DNA of 64,000 bases. Source: Balanoglossus misakiensis. Its lineage: Eukaryota; Animalia; Hemichordata. Below the pieces are notes generated by a model. The model saw only the letters and a program-made list of their open reading frames with translations. It did not search any database and had not been told where the DNA came from. Of the stretch, positions 30,091 through 40,750 are shown piece after piece (the first letter of the stretch is position 1; the number at the start of each line of letters is the position of its first letter). The position numbers and the translations under genes were made by a program. Location: assembly GCA_040954595.2 (NCBI GenBank), contig CM082582.2, forward strand, positions 4,696,303 through 4,760,302, in the 5' to 3' direction.

Positions 30091-31305
30091 ATGCAATCGG
30101 ACATGACAACTCTGTCGGAAAACACCAATAAGGTCGTGCCAGTAGTAAATGTTATTCCAATCGAGGCAAGTGCAAGCAAGACAGATTGCTGTCAAATGAC
30201 GAACGAGGGCTTGAACACAAAAGCAGTGTACGATTTGTTTCCAGATTTTTCAGATGAAGACTCATGCATGGAATTCGCTCGATTATCCTGCAGTTTGGAC
30301 GACGACGTATTCACCGAAACACAAATTGGATCAATGTCAGGCGTTTCAGAGAAGCTTAGTGACAAGACACCAGCGGTGATAAAAGACAACGCGTGTACCA
30401 AGACGCAGCAACGTCCATCATCGATTGATCTGCAGTCACCCTTCTCAACTTGGAATATCAGTCCCATGTCTGGTATCGATTCCGCACCGGGTAGATTTTA
30501 CTACATGCGTTTGGGATCCATCTCCGATGCCGAAGAAAGTGATACTGGAGTCATCGACAAGGTATCGGACTGCTCCGAGCCTATGCACAACACACTGCCA
30601 CATTTTCCATCATCTCCTATCGACATCCCATTAACACCGGATGCCGTTAAGGATGACTCTGAGTCGATAGCCTTATCAAACGGCAACACAAGGATGGGGG
30701 CTACAAACAAGTCAATGCTTCTTCCGCGTCATAACGAAGAAGGCGATAATCTTACTGCTTATGACATGATGTCAACGAGGCGTAAAAAGTCCACGAAGAA
30801 TAAACCACGTGATTTGGACAAACATGAAACTCCCCCCCAAATGGAAGACCAACTGCCAGCCAAATTATCTACGCCGCGTTCAAGGTCTAAGAAGACTAAG
30901 CCACCTGGTCGGAAAAAGCGTGAAACTTCCCCCCACACGGAAGACCAACTGCCAGCCAAATTATCTACGCCGCGTTCAAGGTCTAAGAAGACTAAGCCAC
31001 CTGGTCGGAAAAAGTGTGAAACTTCCCCCCACACGGAAGACCAACTGCCAGCCAAATTATCTACGCCGCGTTCAAGGTCTAAGAAGGCTAAGCCACCTGG
31101 TCGGAAAAAGTGTGAAACTTCCCCCCACACGGAAGACCATCTGTCAGCCAAATTATCTACGCCGCGTTCAAGGTCTAAGAAGACTAAGCCACTTGGGCGG
31201 AAAAAGCGTGAAACTTCCCCCTACATGGACGAACAACTGCCAGCCAAAAAATCTAACAAAGCTTCGAAATCGAACAAGACTAAGTCGCACAGGGTGAACA
31301 AATAG
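30091..31305 (+). CDS. Viral protein with an acidic N-terminus and basic 32-aa repeats (possibly DNA-binding)
   Basis: ETSPHTEDQLPAKLSTPRSRSKKTKPPGRKKR repeated; K/R-rich tail. Confidence 0.7.
   Translation: MQSDMTTLSENTNKVVPVVNVIPIEASASKTDCCQMTNEGLNTKAVYDLFPDFSDEDSCMEFARLSCSLDDDVFTETQIGSMSGVSEKLSDKTPAVIKDNACTKTQQRPSSIDLQSPFSTWNISPMSGIDSAPGRFYYMRLGSISDAEESDTGVIDKVSDCSEPMHNTLPHFPSSPIDIPLTPDAVKDDSESIALSNGNTRMGATNKSMLLPRHNEEGDNLTAYDMMSTRRKKSTKNKPRDLDKHETPPQMEDQLPAKLSTPRSRSKKTKPPGRKKRETSPHTEDQLPAKLSTPRSRSKKTKPPGRKKCETSPHTEDQLPAKLSTPRSRSKKAKPPGRKKCETSPHTEDHLSAKLSTPRSRSKKTKPLGRKKRETSPYMDEQLPAKKSNKASKSNKTKSHRVNK
30826..31250. repeat. 96-bp coding tandem repeat, about 4.4 units
   Basis: Units start at 30826, 30922, 31018, 31114 and 31210. 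Confidence 0.92.
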
Positions 31306-31505
31306 GACCATTGAATCGAACGAATTAAATGCATAAAATAACCATTGTTCCGTATAACATACTATTAATTGTACCGATATGTCGTTTCACCGACACTGGT
31401 TATAGTCTAACGTTTTTAGTTTGAATGTATGAACGTTCTACTATACGCATGGGTTGTAGTGCTGTTCGTGAACCTGTCAATTATTGCGAATAAAGTGTTC
31501 TGATA

Positions 31506-32567
31506 TTAAATATACATTGACTCGTAATTCTGTTGCATGTTCAGATCTATCTTTGGTGGTCTTGCTTGTACATCTGTAGAGAATTCATAATTCAAGCAGA
31601 ACGATCCAACTTGTTTTGTAAAACAAGGTGTCTCTAACCCTCTCTTCCCTATTCCAACATAGCCCATACTCTTACACTGACTGAATATATTATCGTCGCT
31701 AGAGTAACTGAGAGCTGGATATGCGTAATTAAACGCAGGGTTGCCTCCATTCGACCTCATTCCTACCACATAATGTAATTTAGATCCCGAATATGTGATT
31801 CCGTCTGTTCCGCCACTCGACCATTTAGCATTTGGTACTGGTGTAATGTCTGTCACGCCAGAATACATACACGTAATTAAAGGAATATGCCATCCGTGAA
31901 AGACTTCTTGACCATTGAATGACTTCATGAAACCAATGGGACTGAAACAATTCGTAAACATTTCAGGTGAATCGATAAGACTCAACACAAGTTCGATTGA
32001 ATCCAGACCATAGTTTTCGTTGGCATACCTAATGTAGTCATCGTAATTAAACACCTCATTAGCTACAGTCTTCCAGTTTGACCGTTCCCTTTCATCTGAT
32101 GCCTTTTTAGTAATAATGTTTTGTAACCATTTCAATGGCATCGCCTTCTTAAATTCACCCCTTGGGCCACGAAATTGGTACTTTGGGAAACCAACCGCTG
32201 ACTGACCATAATTAAGAGTCACTTTCTCTGGGCCAGTATACAATAGCAAGAAATCGCCTCTGTTGAAAAAGTCTCCCAAGTCGTGGTTAAATGGTCTGTT
32301 AGTGCACGTGATATCGTGCGTGTATTCCCTGATTGTCTTATAATCAGGATTTACTTGATCTGCAAATAAGGGAGCTACTAATGGACCGTCGGTTTGCGTG
32401 AATACATTGTGTAAATCCCATGGGTCGTGATAACTGGGCGTGTCGAACGGGGGATATAGCGTCGGATTTGGGACTGGGTTTATTCTCGACCGTGTGACAA
32501 CATCCCTATGGACACCTTGATAAGTAGGTTTCCTGTTAGGATATGGAAATAAATCAGCCAGTTCCAT
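31506..32567 (-). CDS. Viral protein, candidate second triplex subunit
   Basis: 353-aa intact ORF; size and pattern (GDFLLLY, FSPIGFMKS, SGSKLHYVV, KQVG) reminiscent of mirusvirus triplexes; function inferred. Confidence 0.45.
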   Translation of the reverse strand: MELADLFPYPNRKPTYQGVHRDVVTRSRINPVPNPTLYPPFDTPSYHDPWDLHNVFTQTDGPLVAPLFADQVNPDYKTIREYTHDITCTNRPFNHDLGDFFNRGDFLLLYTGPEKVTLNYGQSAVGFPKYQFRGPRGEFKKAMPLKWLQNIITKKASDERERSNWKTVANEVFNYDDYIRYANENYGLDSIELVLSLIDSPEMFTNCFSPIGFMKSFNGQEVFHGWHIPLITCMYSGVTDITPVPNAKWSSGGTDGITYSGSKLHYVVGMRSNGGNPAFNYAYPALSYSSDDNIFSQCKSMGYVGIGKRGLETPCFTKQVGSFCLNYEFSTDVQARPPKIDLNMQQNYESMYI

Positions 32568-32710
32568 TTCGTGTAATAATTGTGCAATGCACCAACTTGT
32601 TTAATATGTATCTTTATGTTTGTTGCACTCGGATGTAAAAAAAAGTCCACTCATTACACTTCTTACATACTGCATTCTAACGCGCACACTGCGTGTGTTT
32701 ATGGTCACGT

Positions 32711-32965
32711 CGCATTTAATTCATCATTATATTAATTGTAGTTGACAAAAGGACTTGAATAAAAAACAAATACGCTCATGACGTATCCTTACATACCAGA
32801 CTCTAATGCATATGCTATGTTTGAGCGCGTACATGACGCATTTAATTCATCATTATATTAATTGTAGTTGTCAAAAGGAATTTAATAAAAAAAACAAATA
32901 CGCTCATGACATTTCCTTACATACCAGACTCTAACGCATATGCTATGTTTGAGCGCGTACATGAC
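32711..32965. repeat. 126-bp AT-rich tandem duplication
   Basis: cgcatttaattcatcattatattaattgtagttg at 32711 and 32837. Confidence 0.9.
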
Positions 32966-33051
32966 ATATTGAAATCCGTCTAATTCAACGCACATCGTAA
33001 CGATATCAGTTCGTATCAAGACGAATAATTGTTCTTTAGTTCCTGTCTCTT

Positions 33052-33444
33052 CTATCTAACCATTTTCATATGGATAGGTTCCACTCCCGATCGCCCTTCA
33101 TATCGAGCACATATAGCACTGTCTTGTAAGAGTCTGATCGTATACATCTCGGCTGCCATCTGAAGACTGTCAAAAGCTTGTCGAGTAAATTTGATCTCTT
33201 TTGAATGATTTCTGCGAACGATCTCTCTAACTATAGATTTGAAAACCGGTTCGTCGATGACGAATGGATGTCCTGTATAAAAATAATAACAGTGAATATT
33301 GAACGAGTATCACGGCCGCTAAAGTTATTGTGAATTAAGCGTCAGTTCATGCCGGAGTTATTGAGTGTACATACCGATGGTCGGTGAACGATTCTCTTTG
33401 ATTGAACATCTTTGCTTGTACGGTGAAAACGCTTTCCCCCGCAT
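33052..33444 (-). CDS. Divergent histone H3-like protein, spliced: join(33444-33375, 33272-33052), about 96 aa
   Basis: Manual translation FVIDEPVFKSIVREIVRRNHSKEIKFTRQAFDSLQMAAEMYTIRLLQDSAICARYEGRSGVEPIHMKMVR aligns with H3 [69 protein letters not shown]; 102-nt GTATGT...tttttataCAG intron; 5' end uncertain. Confidence 0.78.
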
Positions 33445-33598
33445 GATGATACGTCTTTTGAGAAGTCTGAACCCGAACTGTCCTTGATAGACGATACTAA
33501 GAACTATATACAAGAGTTATGTCACGTGGTAATAGACATCGATATGAATGTACTAATTTAACTGCTTCACATGACAAGCTATGCATTGTGTAGACCGA

Positions 33599-33794
33599 CA
33601 TCATGACTACTTACTCCGACCTGTGATGCCAAACTGTAGTTCCCATGTTTTATCACCGCATACTGCACGTCCTGGCGTCCTCACATCAGCATATGTGCGA
33701 CTTTACACTTTGAAATCATGACATCGTGATTACTTACTCCAACATGTGATGCCATACTATATTTCCCATGTTTTATCACCGCATACTGCACGTC
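33599..33794. repeat. 73-bp duplicated unit containing a GTAAGT donor on the minus strand (duplicated mini-exon upstream of the H3-like gene)
   Basis: Copies at about 33599-33671 and 33722-33794. Confidence 0.75.
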
Positions 33795-33923
33795 GTTCTT
33801 AGACTATTTCATGATGCCACCGATGCGACTTCACGCGCTTATATATATGTGTGTACACACACACGACCGCATACCCATCTTGTTCACATCGCCAATAACC
33901 GAGAAGTCCACTCAAGTGTTGAC

Positions 33924-34508
33924 ATGGCCGAACTATTCAGTGTTTCAATAAGGAGGCCGGTCAGTATCATTTTGTAATACCTTTTCCGTATTTTTACATC
34001 TTCGGGTGGCATAACCCCCACCTTTTATTTCTTTACTTAGGTGAGTATGTGGCATTTGAGACACGTAAATAAGGACGCGAAATGTAAAGCTATGGGAATA
34101 GCCAAGAAATTAGAGACAGCGCCCACTAGCGGCCGAAAAACAATGTCGAAAGGTGAGTATCGCGCGTTCGTCAGATATGCGTTATATTTAATGGTTTTGC
34201 GTTTCTGTGCGGTCGTTGATGACCGAGCCAATGATCCGTGTAAAATCAGCACCCATACTTCGAGATATCGGTGGTTTCTTGAACCATTGTATTTTATTCC
34301 GGTTTCAGGCACGAACATCGTTCTACACAATTCAGTACAGTGTTCACAGCCCTTACCCGAAACCTCTCACGTATTGGACGCCTTGACTAGAGTACATTGT
34401 GTGATTGAAGGCTGTTACAACCCAAGTGCCAGAATAGTCAGCACCGATAATGTACACGGTCTAATGCACGCTGTGAAGTTTATCAAAGGTAATGTGAACT
34501 ACATGTAA
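33924..34508 (+). CDS. Spliced hypothetical viral gene, join(33924-33959, 34041-34508); last viral-type gene
   Basis: MAELFSVSIRRP|GTCAGT...tttctttacttAG|VSMWHL in frame (81-nt intron); TATA at about 33840; AATAAA 34529-34534. Confidence 0.65.
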
Positions 34509-34844
34509 TGGATTTCCTATATTACGGAAATAAAGTTGTGACGTCAAAATTTAATGGTTTGAATGTGAGTCAGTGAAGATTAACAGTCATGTGATAGAAT
34601 TTTTACTTTCGGTTCATTGTGTGTGACAAAATCTTAGGTATTTATACAAGACATGCGAATATTACTTGACAGAGTTGTGGGTGGGGGGGGCAATTTGATT
34701 TTCTTTGGTCAAAAATGTATCGTTCAATGCAGCGATGTATCATTAACATCACCAGCGCTCTTAAAATTTAGGTCGCACTCAGTATTACCACAGTATGTGC
34801 AGATATCACATTTACGCATGCGTCGTTGTTGCTATTGAAGGAAC

Positions 34845-34855
34845 GGGGAATCCCC
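34845..34855. promoter_or_regulatory. NF-kappaB-like site upstream of paralogue 1
   Basis: GGGGAATCCCC, conserved at 41801-41811 upstream of paralogue 2. Confidence 0.6.
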
Positions 34856-35107
34856 TCGCATATACAGTGTAATTACCAGGAAGTCGAGGCCTTCGGTGGA
34901 ATCGCGGTACCCAACCGTTTGTGGTGTATAGCGTTCGTGACATTCATAGTCGTGCTCTCTACAGCTTGCAGAGATCAGTCCAGAACCCGGACATTGCTCC
35001 AGGGCGAGAAATCTTGCAGTTCTACATGTACAAGCGTCTCGTCTGCATGGTGGAGACCCTGTAAGTTGTTGGGTCAAGTAAGGTCAGTTGCAGGCATACG
35101 TTTCCTT

Positions 35108-35124
35108 CTTTCGATTTCCCTTTC
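35108..35124 (-). promoter_or_regulatory. ISRE/IRF-like element upstream of paralogue 1
   Basis: Minus strand GAAAGGGAAATCGAAAG (GAAANNGAAA); the orthologous site at 42126-42138 reads GGGAAACCGAAAG. Confidence 0.5.
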
Positions 35125-35444
35125 ATCAACGGCTTACAGGAGTGAAATTATCTCCGCACACATCCTTGTTAACCGATTAATTAGCTTCATTATTTCGTCT
35201 GGGGCTTGGGCTAAACGGGCTGGTTACGTGGAATTTACGTTTTACACCATATACAGTACATGTATATAGCTACAAAGCTTGAAGGTAAATAGGAAATGGT
35301 TTGTGGGGAGTGACCACTACGATTTAGTCTATACCTTTATATTCTTGCAATGTTGGTGTGCTTGGCGGTCTGTCAATGCTGTTAGTAATGCCAGCCTTCA
35401 TTGTAGGGGACTTTAACCTGGGCACGAGTTCACTGAACGCCAAA

Positions 35445-38400
35445 ATGGACGTCGAGCGAATGGTTTGGTTGTATCGTATCAACCAAGAGTTCAACAAAGA
35501 CATACTGGAGCGTTATTTGGATAGTACCGTGATAGGAGGGTACTCTTTACATCGATACGATCCCGCAGATGACAGTGCACTTATCACGTGCAATAACAAG
35601 AGTGGTAAGTATGGTCTTGTTTGAGCAGAGTCGGGTAGACTAGTGTACAGCTCCGCGCCATGGTTACGAACCAAAAGGTCACGAACCTGTGTATACTCGC
35701 AGGGCAAAGGTCTTTCAATTGTACTAAAACACTGGACCACACCACCCGATATTTTCTATATGTTATAAATGTTTTTATACGATAGTCGTATGCAATTCTC
35801 ATGGCGTTATCCTGACTTACTTTCATTTTGATCATAAAACAGAAACTAAAAGCCGCGCTATAGGGATGCTATAATGCCGACATTCGGTCCGATTCTAGGA
35901 AATCAGTTTTGGGAAGTTTGCCTTGTTGACGCAGTCGTTCATATGTCTGTTGTTTATGTTTGTGTGTGTGTGTGTCAGTGTGTGCTTTTATGATTAGTAC
36001 CTGGCAAAATATTTTATTTTATTTCTATACAGGGAAAAGGGCATTTTGGCCCGTTGCAAAAAATATCGTCAACGCACATCCCAATTTTCATTAAAACCCA
36101 CTATATTTTACGTTGAATTTATAAATATGAAAATTGTCCATAAATAAAAGGAACCTACTTTACGTAAAATAGACGACTACAATGTTCAGTTAATCTGTGT
36201 CAAATGCACCAAAGGTCGGGTCCATCCTCCTTACTACCAGTGGGGCATCAAAACACGTATCAAGGCCGTAAAGATTATAGGTCGTCCGATATACAAAGCT
36301 TCATGGAGAAAGAACGTCATATATCAGAAATGATCCCACCATTTTCACACCTGTTTGTGGTTACATAGCTGATTTTCAGGTCCGTCAATGGATTCGAATC
36401 ACGCCCATGTCAAGAATAGCTTTACACTTCTTTTGATTGAATCTTTTACGGTGCCAGGTTAATTAAGGTTACTAAGAATAATTTTCTAATTTTCTTTTTT
36501 CCCTCACTGTGATCTGAAAGACGTCGATAAACTGATTGAAAGGCATGACCAGTTCAGAGCAGAAAAGTGCGACAAGGTAAGACTTATGTATACTTAGTGT
36601 GTCTAATGTGTGTAAAGATATTTCAAACCTTGCCCGAATTTTAACAAATTTTTCGTCTATTGAAATAATTTAGTGTTAGGCACTCTACCTATTATACATG
36701 TATATACGCCCCTTTAAAATGAGAATGTAACATAATGACCAGATCGATCAGGAAAATAATAAAAACCCAATCAGTCTGAATAAAAAAATGCATGTTAACA
36801 TTTAAACATGTCAAATCCTGAAAGTCTTGTTCTGGTAGGACCTTCATCGAACGTACTACAATATCACCATGGTCAGCGCCACCACACACAACAAATTTGG
36901 GAAGGGAAAAAGCGCAGAAATATTCATATGTTGGAGCTAAAACGTTGACTCTGCCAGTCTTTGAGAAACAATTAAAACATCCTACCATTTTGTAATTTGA
37001 TTTTTGTGAATCTAAATTGGGAATTAATAGCATTTAAACATCACCACACTTTAATTTTTTTCTAAATAATCATTATATAAACTCATCCTGTCAATTTAAA
37101 ACTAGTACATAAACGATTTTTTTCCCGCTACACTAAGTGTTGAATTTTCCGAGAAGGATGAATAAACTCGTCAGAACAAGATCGCCGTCGTTGACCGTTC
37201 ATTCGTACAGCACGGCCGGCTATAGGTATTTGTAAATCTATGATGAAATCCATCATTAACCCAAACGTTTCTTTTCCCTTTTAGACGATATGGAAGATAC
37301 GGGCGGACGTTACAGAGAAGTTTTCAGGAATAATCGAACAACTTCCACCCAAGAAAAAACAAGCTCTAAACAACACTGGTGCTGTCCGGAAACGTAAAAT
37401 GCCGGGCGTGTATGTCGAAGGCTCTCTCCGCCAAGTTCGTGACTTCGAAGACACTTTAGCGTGCTGCCACCATGAACGAGAGACAGGATACAGTCACAGC
37501 TCGGTCGATCAATCGAATTTAGTTGGGAGCAAAGTGAAGGCAAGTGCGGAGTTCGAATTATAGTCACGATAATTATATAGTGGCATGTTTCAGAGATGAT
37601 GATGGTTATGATGATTACATAATGAATAAATATTAAAGTGAAGGGGTCGTCGCGCCGCGTTTGTTTGTTTATAAACATTCCAGTTCATCCACAAAACCCT
37701 GAAATTAGATAATTCTTAGAATGAACGAAGCAGCCAACCATAGCATAGACTGGGCATGACAGCAACCTAAGATCCCAGTAGGTTGTGGTGACTGCAGTGC
37801 GGTTTGCGTTGGTATGAGAGGACAATTCTCATCAAGGGGGACACCCACGCGGCGCGACGACCCTTTAAATACTTGTTCCACTATGTAAGCAAAGTTTACA
37901 TGATCTCATTTGCACGTGGGTAATTATACAGGACGAGGCACCAGAGATGTCTTTCCTGTGCATATATGTACGTGTACTATAAATTTAATTTAATTTCGTC
38001 ATTAGGTCTTAGAAAATGTCACTGGAGAGGTGGCACCATGGGTATTCCATTTATGCCCTTCTATTCAAGACCATATGGACTCTATCGAAAAAAAGGCCCA
38101 AGTTACAATTACGAAGGCTTCAAAGATTACCGTGGTGTATGGCACAAATCTTGACCAGTTATTTGGCGCAGATGCTGCTTTAAGGTCGATTGTCTTTGCC
38201 AAGACAAAATATCCCTTAACAAAGCCCGGAAAGGTAGAACAAGAAGATAAGCCAACACATAAGAGAGGAAGGAAAGACGACCCACCATTGAAAATGTCTC
38301 ACCACCGAGCGAGTCGATCCAGCGACAGCAGCCCTCCAAAATCATCACCGAAGTACACAAAAACCAACGCCGGTGCGTCAAATCCACCAAGTGAAAGTAG

Positions 38401-40750
38401 AGGCCCACGAAAACAGGCGGCTGGAACTGTTGTATCCAACATCGACCAAACCGACATTTCAGAATGTCTTGAGAAATTGTCCTATTCAATGAAAACGCCT
38501 GAAGGGGTCAACGTCTCCATAAAATGTAGTGACATCACCAAAGAATCCGTCGTGGTTATTGTCAACTCTGCAAACTCGCATCTCCAGCACAAAGATGGAC
38601 TCGCTAAGACGATATCCGAAAAAGGAGGATATATCATACAGCGGGAATGTACTCTCCATATCAAACGACATGGTCCTCTCCGGCCCGGTAATGTTTTCTT
38701 TACACCAAGCGGAAATCTGCCCTGCAAATATGTAATACACGCCGTTGGACCCATCTGGGTGGAGGGTGAACATCTACAAGTTGTATCACAGGTCCTGTAT
38801 GAGACGATATTGCAGACACTGAACTCTGCATCCGGCAGATTTGAAGCCCGCTCTATTGCTTTGCCCGCTATTAGCACAGGTACGTGCATTTTTCTCAAAA
38901 ATCGCCATAGTTTAGTTTTGTAGTCCTTTCCTTAAAATTCAAATCATTAATTTAAATTACTAACTCGTAAAGAGGCGTCATGATAGATTATCGTAAGTTT
39001 GTATGTGATACAAGCCCTTTCTCCCTTCGTTCCTTGACAGGTTTACATGGAGTTCCCATCGATGTCTGTGCTAGGGTGTACCGTGCTGCGATTATGGAAT
39101 TCTCCGCATGTCACAAGTCGACAAAGCTGAAAGACATCCGAATCGTAATCAATGACGCAGATTCGGTCGGTACCTTTATTTTGGAGTTCGGTGCAGCCGA
39201 AGAGCGAATTCGTTCGGGTGGGCCCTCAAGTGACCTCTCACCAGCCCTGACTCCAAAGGCTGCGGGTGGTTCTGACAGAAGTTGGCGTAAGTCACGCGAC
39301 CGGCGTAGTCCCGCACCCGCTGCCGCTGCTGCTGCCGTCGTTCCGGGTCGTGGAAGCGGGAAAGTTGATTCCAAGAGTGGCTCGTCCGCTACATCAACAG
39401 GTGGCGCTTCCCCGTCCAAAGGTCGTAAACATGGCGGCTCGTTTGCATCAAATATGCCAATTACACCCGTGAGCGACACCAATCGCATCGCATCGCCCCA
39501 CGACAAAAGAGGCTCCTGTCCAATCTGCATCAGCGACCACGTAGCCGTCAAGAAGATGCGCTGCTGCCAGAATATTATCTGCAACATCTGCTTTGACCGA
39601 CATTTCCAAGGGGATGGAAAGTGTCCGTTCTGCTTGATAGTTGTTCTACTCAAACGAGGGGATCAACCAGACGGTGATATGGATCATCATTTGGAAAGAA
39701 ATCAACATCTCCCGGGTTATGAAGGGATGGGCACCATTGTCCTTTCATACTCTTTCAAAGATGGCATACAAAAGGTAAGTGGAAATATACTCATACAGTC
39801 GCTCGTGCAGGGGACTGGCGCAAGAATACACCGCCAGTCACTCGATGCAAATACTCCCGGTACACCGTGCTTCCACGATCGAGCCAAGGGGTTCTGTCAT
39901 AGTATCACATACTTGTTATGGCGTAAATGGTATATGTGGCAATGTGATAATTTTCTACTACTGGGAACAAAACTGTGACTTCAAAATTTGCATAATTGTA
40001 CATTTACAGGCAAACCACCCCAACCCTGGCAAGCCTTATGTTGGTACAAATCGAGTTGCATATTTGCCAGCTAGTAAAGAAGGCCATGACGTTCTGACAT
40101 TGCTGCGGAAAGCATTTGAACAGCGCGTTCTATTCACCATTGGAAAATCTGTTACCACTGGTCAGGATAACTGTGTGGTTTGGAATGATGTACACCATAA
40201 GACGAGCAAGACAGGGGGACCTGCGAGGTAGGAGATATTCGGTGATGTGATCATGTGTTTGGCATATTTGTTAATTGGATGAACAGATTGGTATTTTGTT
40301 TTTTTCTCGATTCGTTCTTTGATAAATTTTCTTGCATTTATTATTGTCGAGTGTTTGTCATAATGGACGGTCTATTGATTATGAAAGAATGAATGGATGA
40401 ATGAATGAATGAATGAATGAATGAATGAATGAATGAATGAATGAATGAAGGGTTGGTTGCTTGGTTGGTTGGTTGATCGATCGATGGAGAGAACGCTTCA
40501 TGTAATGTGCTTGCAATAACAATGGAAAATGGTTATCAAGAACTTCATCTCGGACAAATCCAAACTACACTTCTCTTATTTTCGAAGTTGTCAATAGACA
40601 TGGAGTGATTTCAATGAATTGGTTGTTGTGAAATGCAACTGTGAAGGTGCTGTAATTATATTTCACCCTCCAAATTTCAGGTATGGCTATCCAGACCCAA
40701 CATATTTGCACCGTGTTCGCGCAGAGTTGGCAGCAAAGGGAATTAACTGA
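35445..40750 (+). CDS. Host Macro-RING-Deltex C-terminal (DTX3L/PARP9-like) gene, paralogue 1, intact, 7 coding exons, about 788 aa
   Basis: Exons 35445-35604, 36521-36576, 37285-37539, 38006-38879, 39041-39774, 40010-40227, 40681-40750 splice in frame (2367 nt); macro DITKE..VNSAN..VIHAVGP..ALPAISTG; RING CPIC..CPFC; DTC GDQPDG, HPNPGKPY, VVWNDVHHKT, YGYPDPTYL..ELAAKGI. Confidence 0.9.
37643..37864. mobile_element. Small Kolobok-like MITE in an intron
   Basis: TIRs gggtcgtcgcgccgcgt / acgcggcgcgacgaccct; TTAA on the right, TGAA on the left. Confidence 0.6.
40387..40449. repeat. (GAAT)n microsatellite
   Basis: Direct reading. Confidence 0.95.

Larger units (their letters stand above)
1..34550. 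mobile_element. Endogenous large DNA virus segment (Duplodnaviria, mirusvirus-/herpesvirus-like); left end lies outside the window, right end approximate
   Basis: Densely packed long ORFs including capsid-like, PolB, RNR2, OTU, MARCH and H3-like genes; AATAAA signals after genes; abrupt switch to intron/repeat-rich host DNA after about 34.55 kb. Confidence 0.85.

Noticed and set aside
1-34550. Polinton/Maverick or nucleocytovirus identity
   Set aside because: PolB is delta-like rather than protein-primed; no double-jelly-roll MCP, A32-type ATPase or integrase is recognisable in this window
34500-34800. Telomere-repeat or TIR integration signature
   Set aside because: No (TTAGGG)n and no recognisable terminal repeat at the junction
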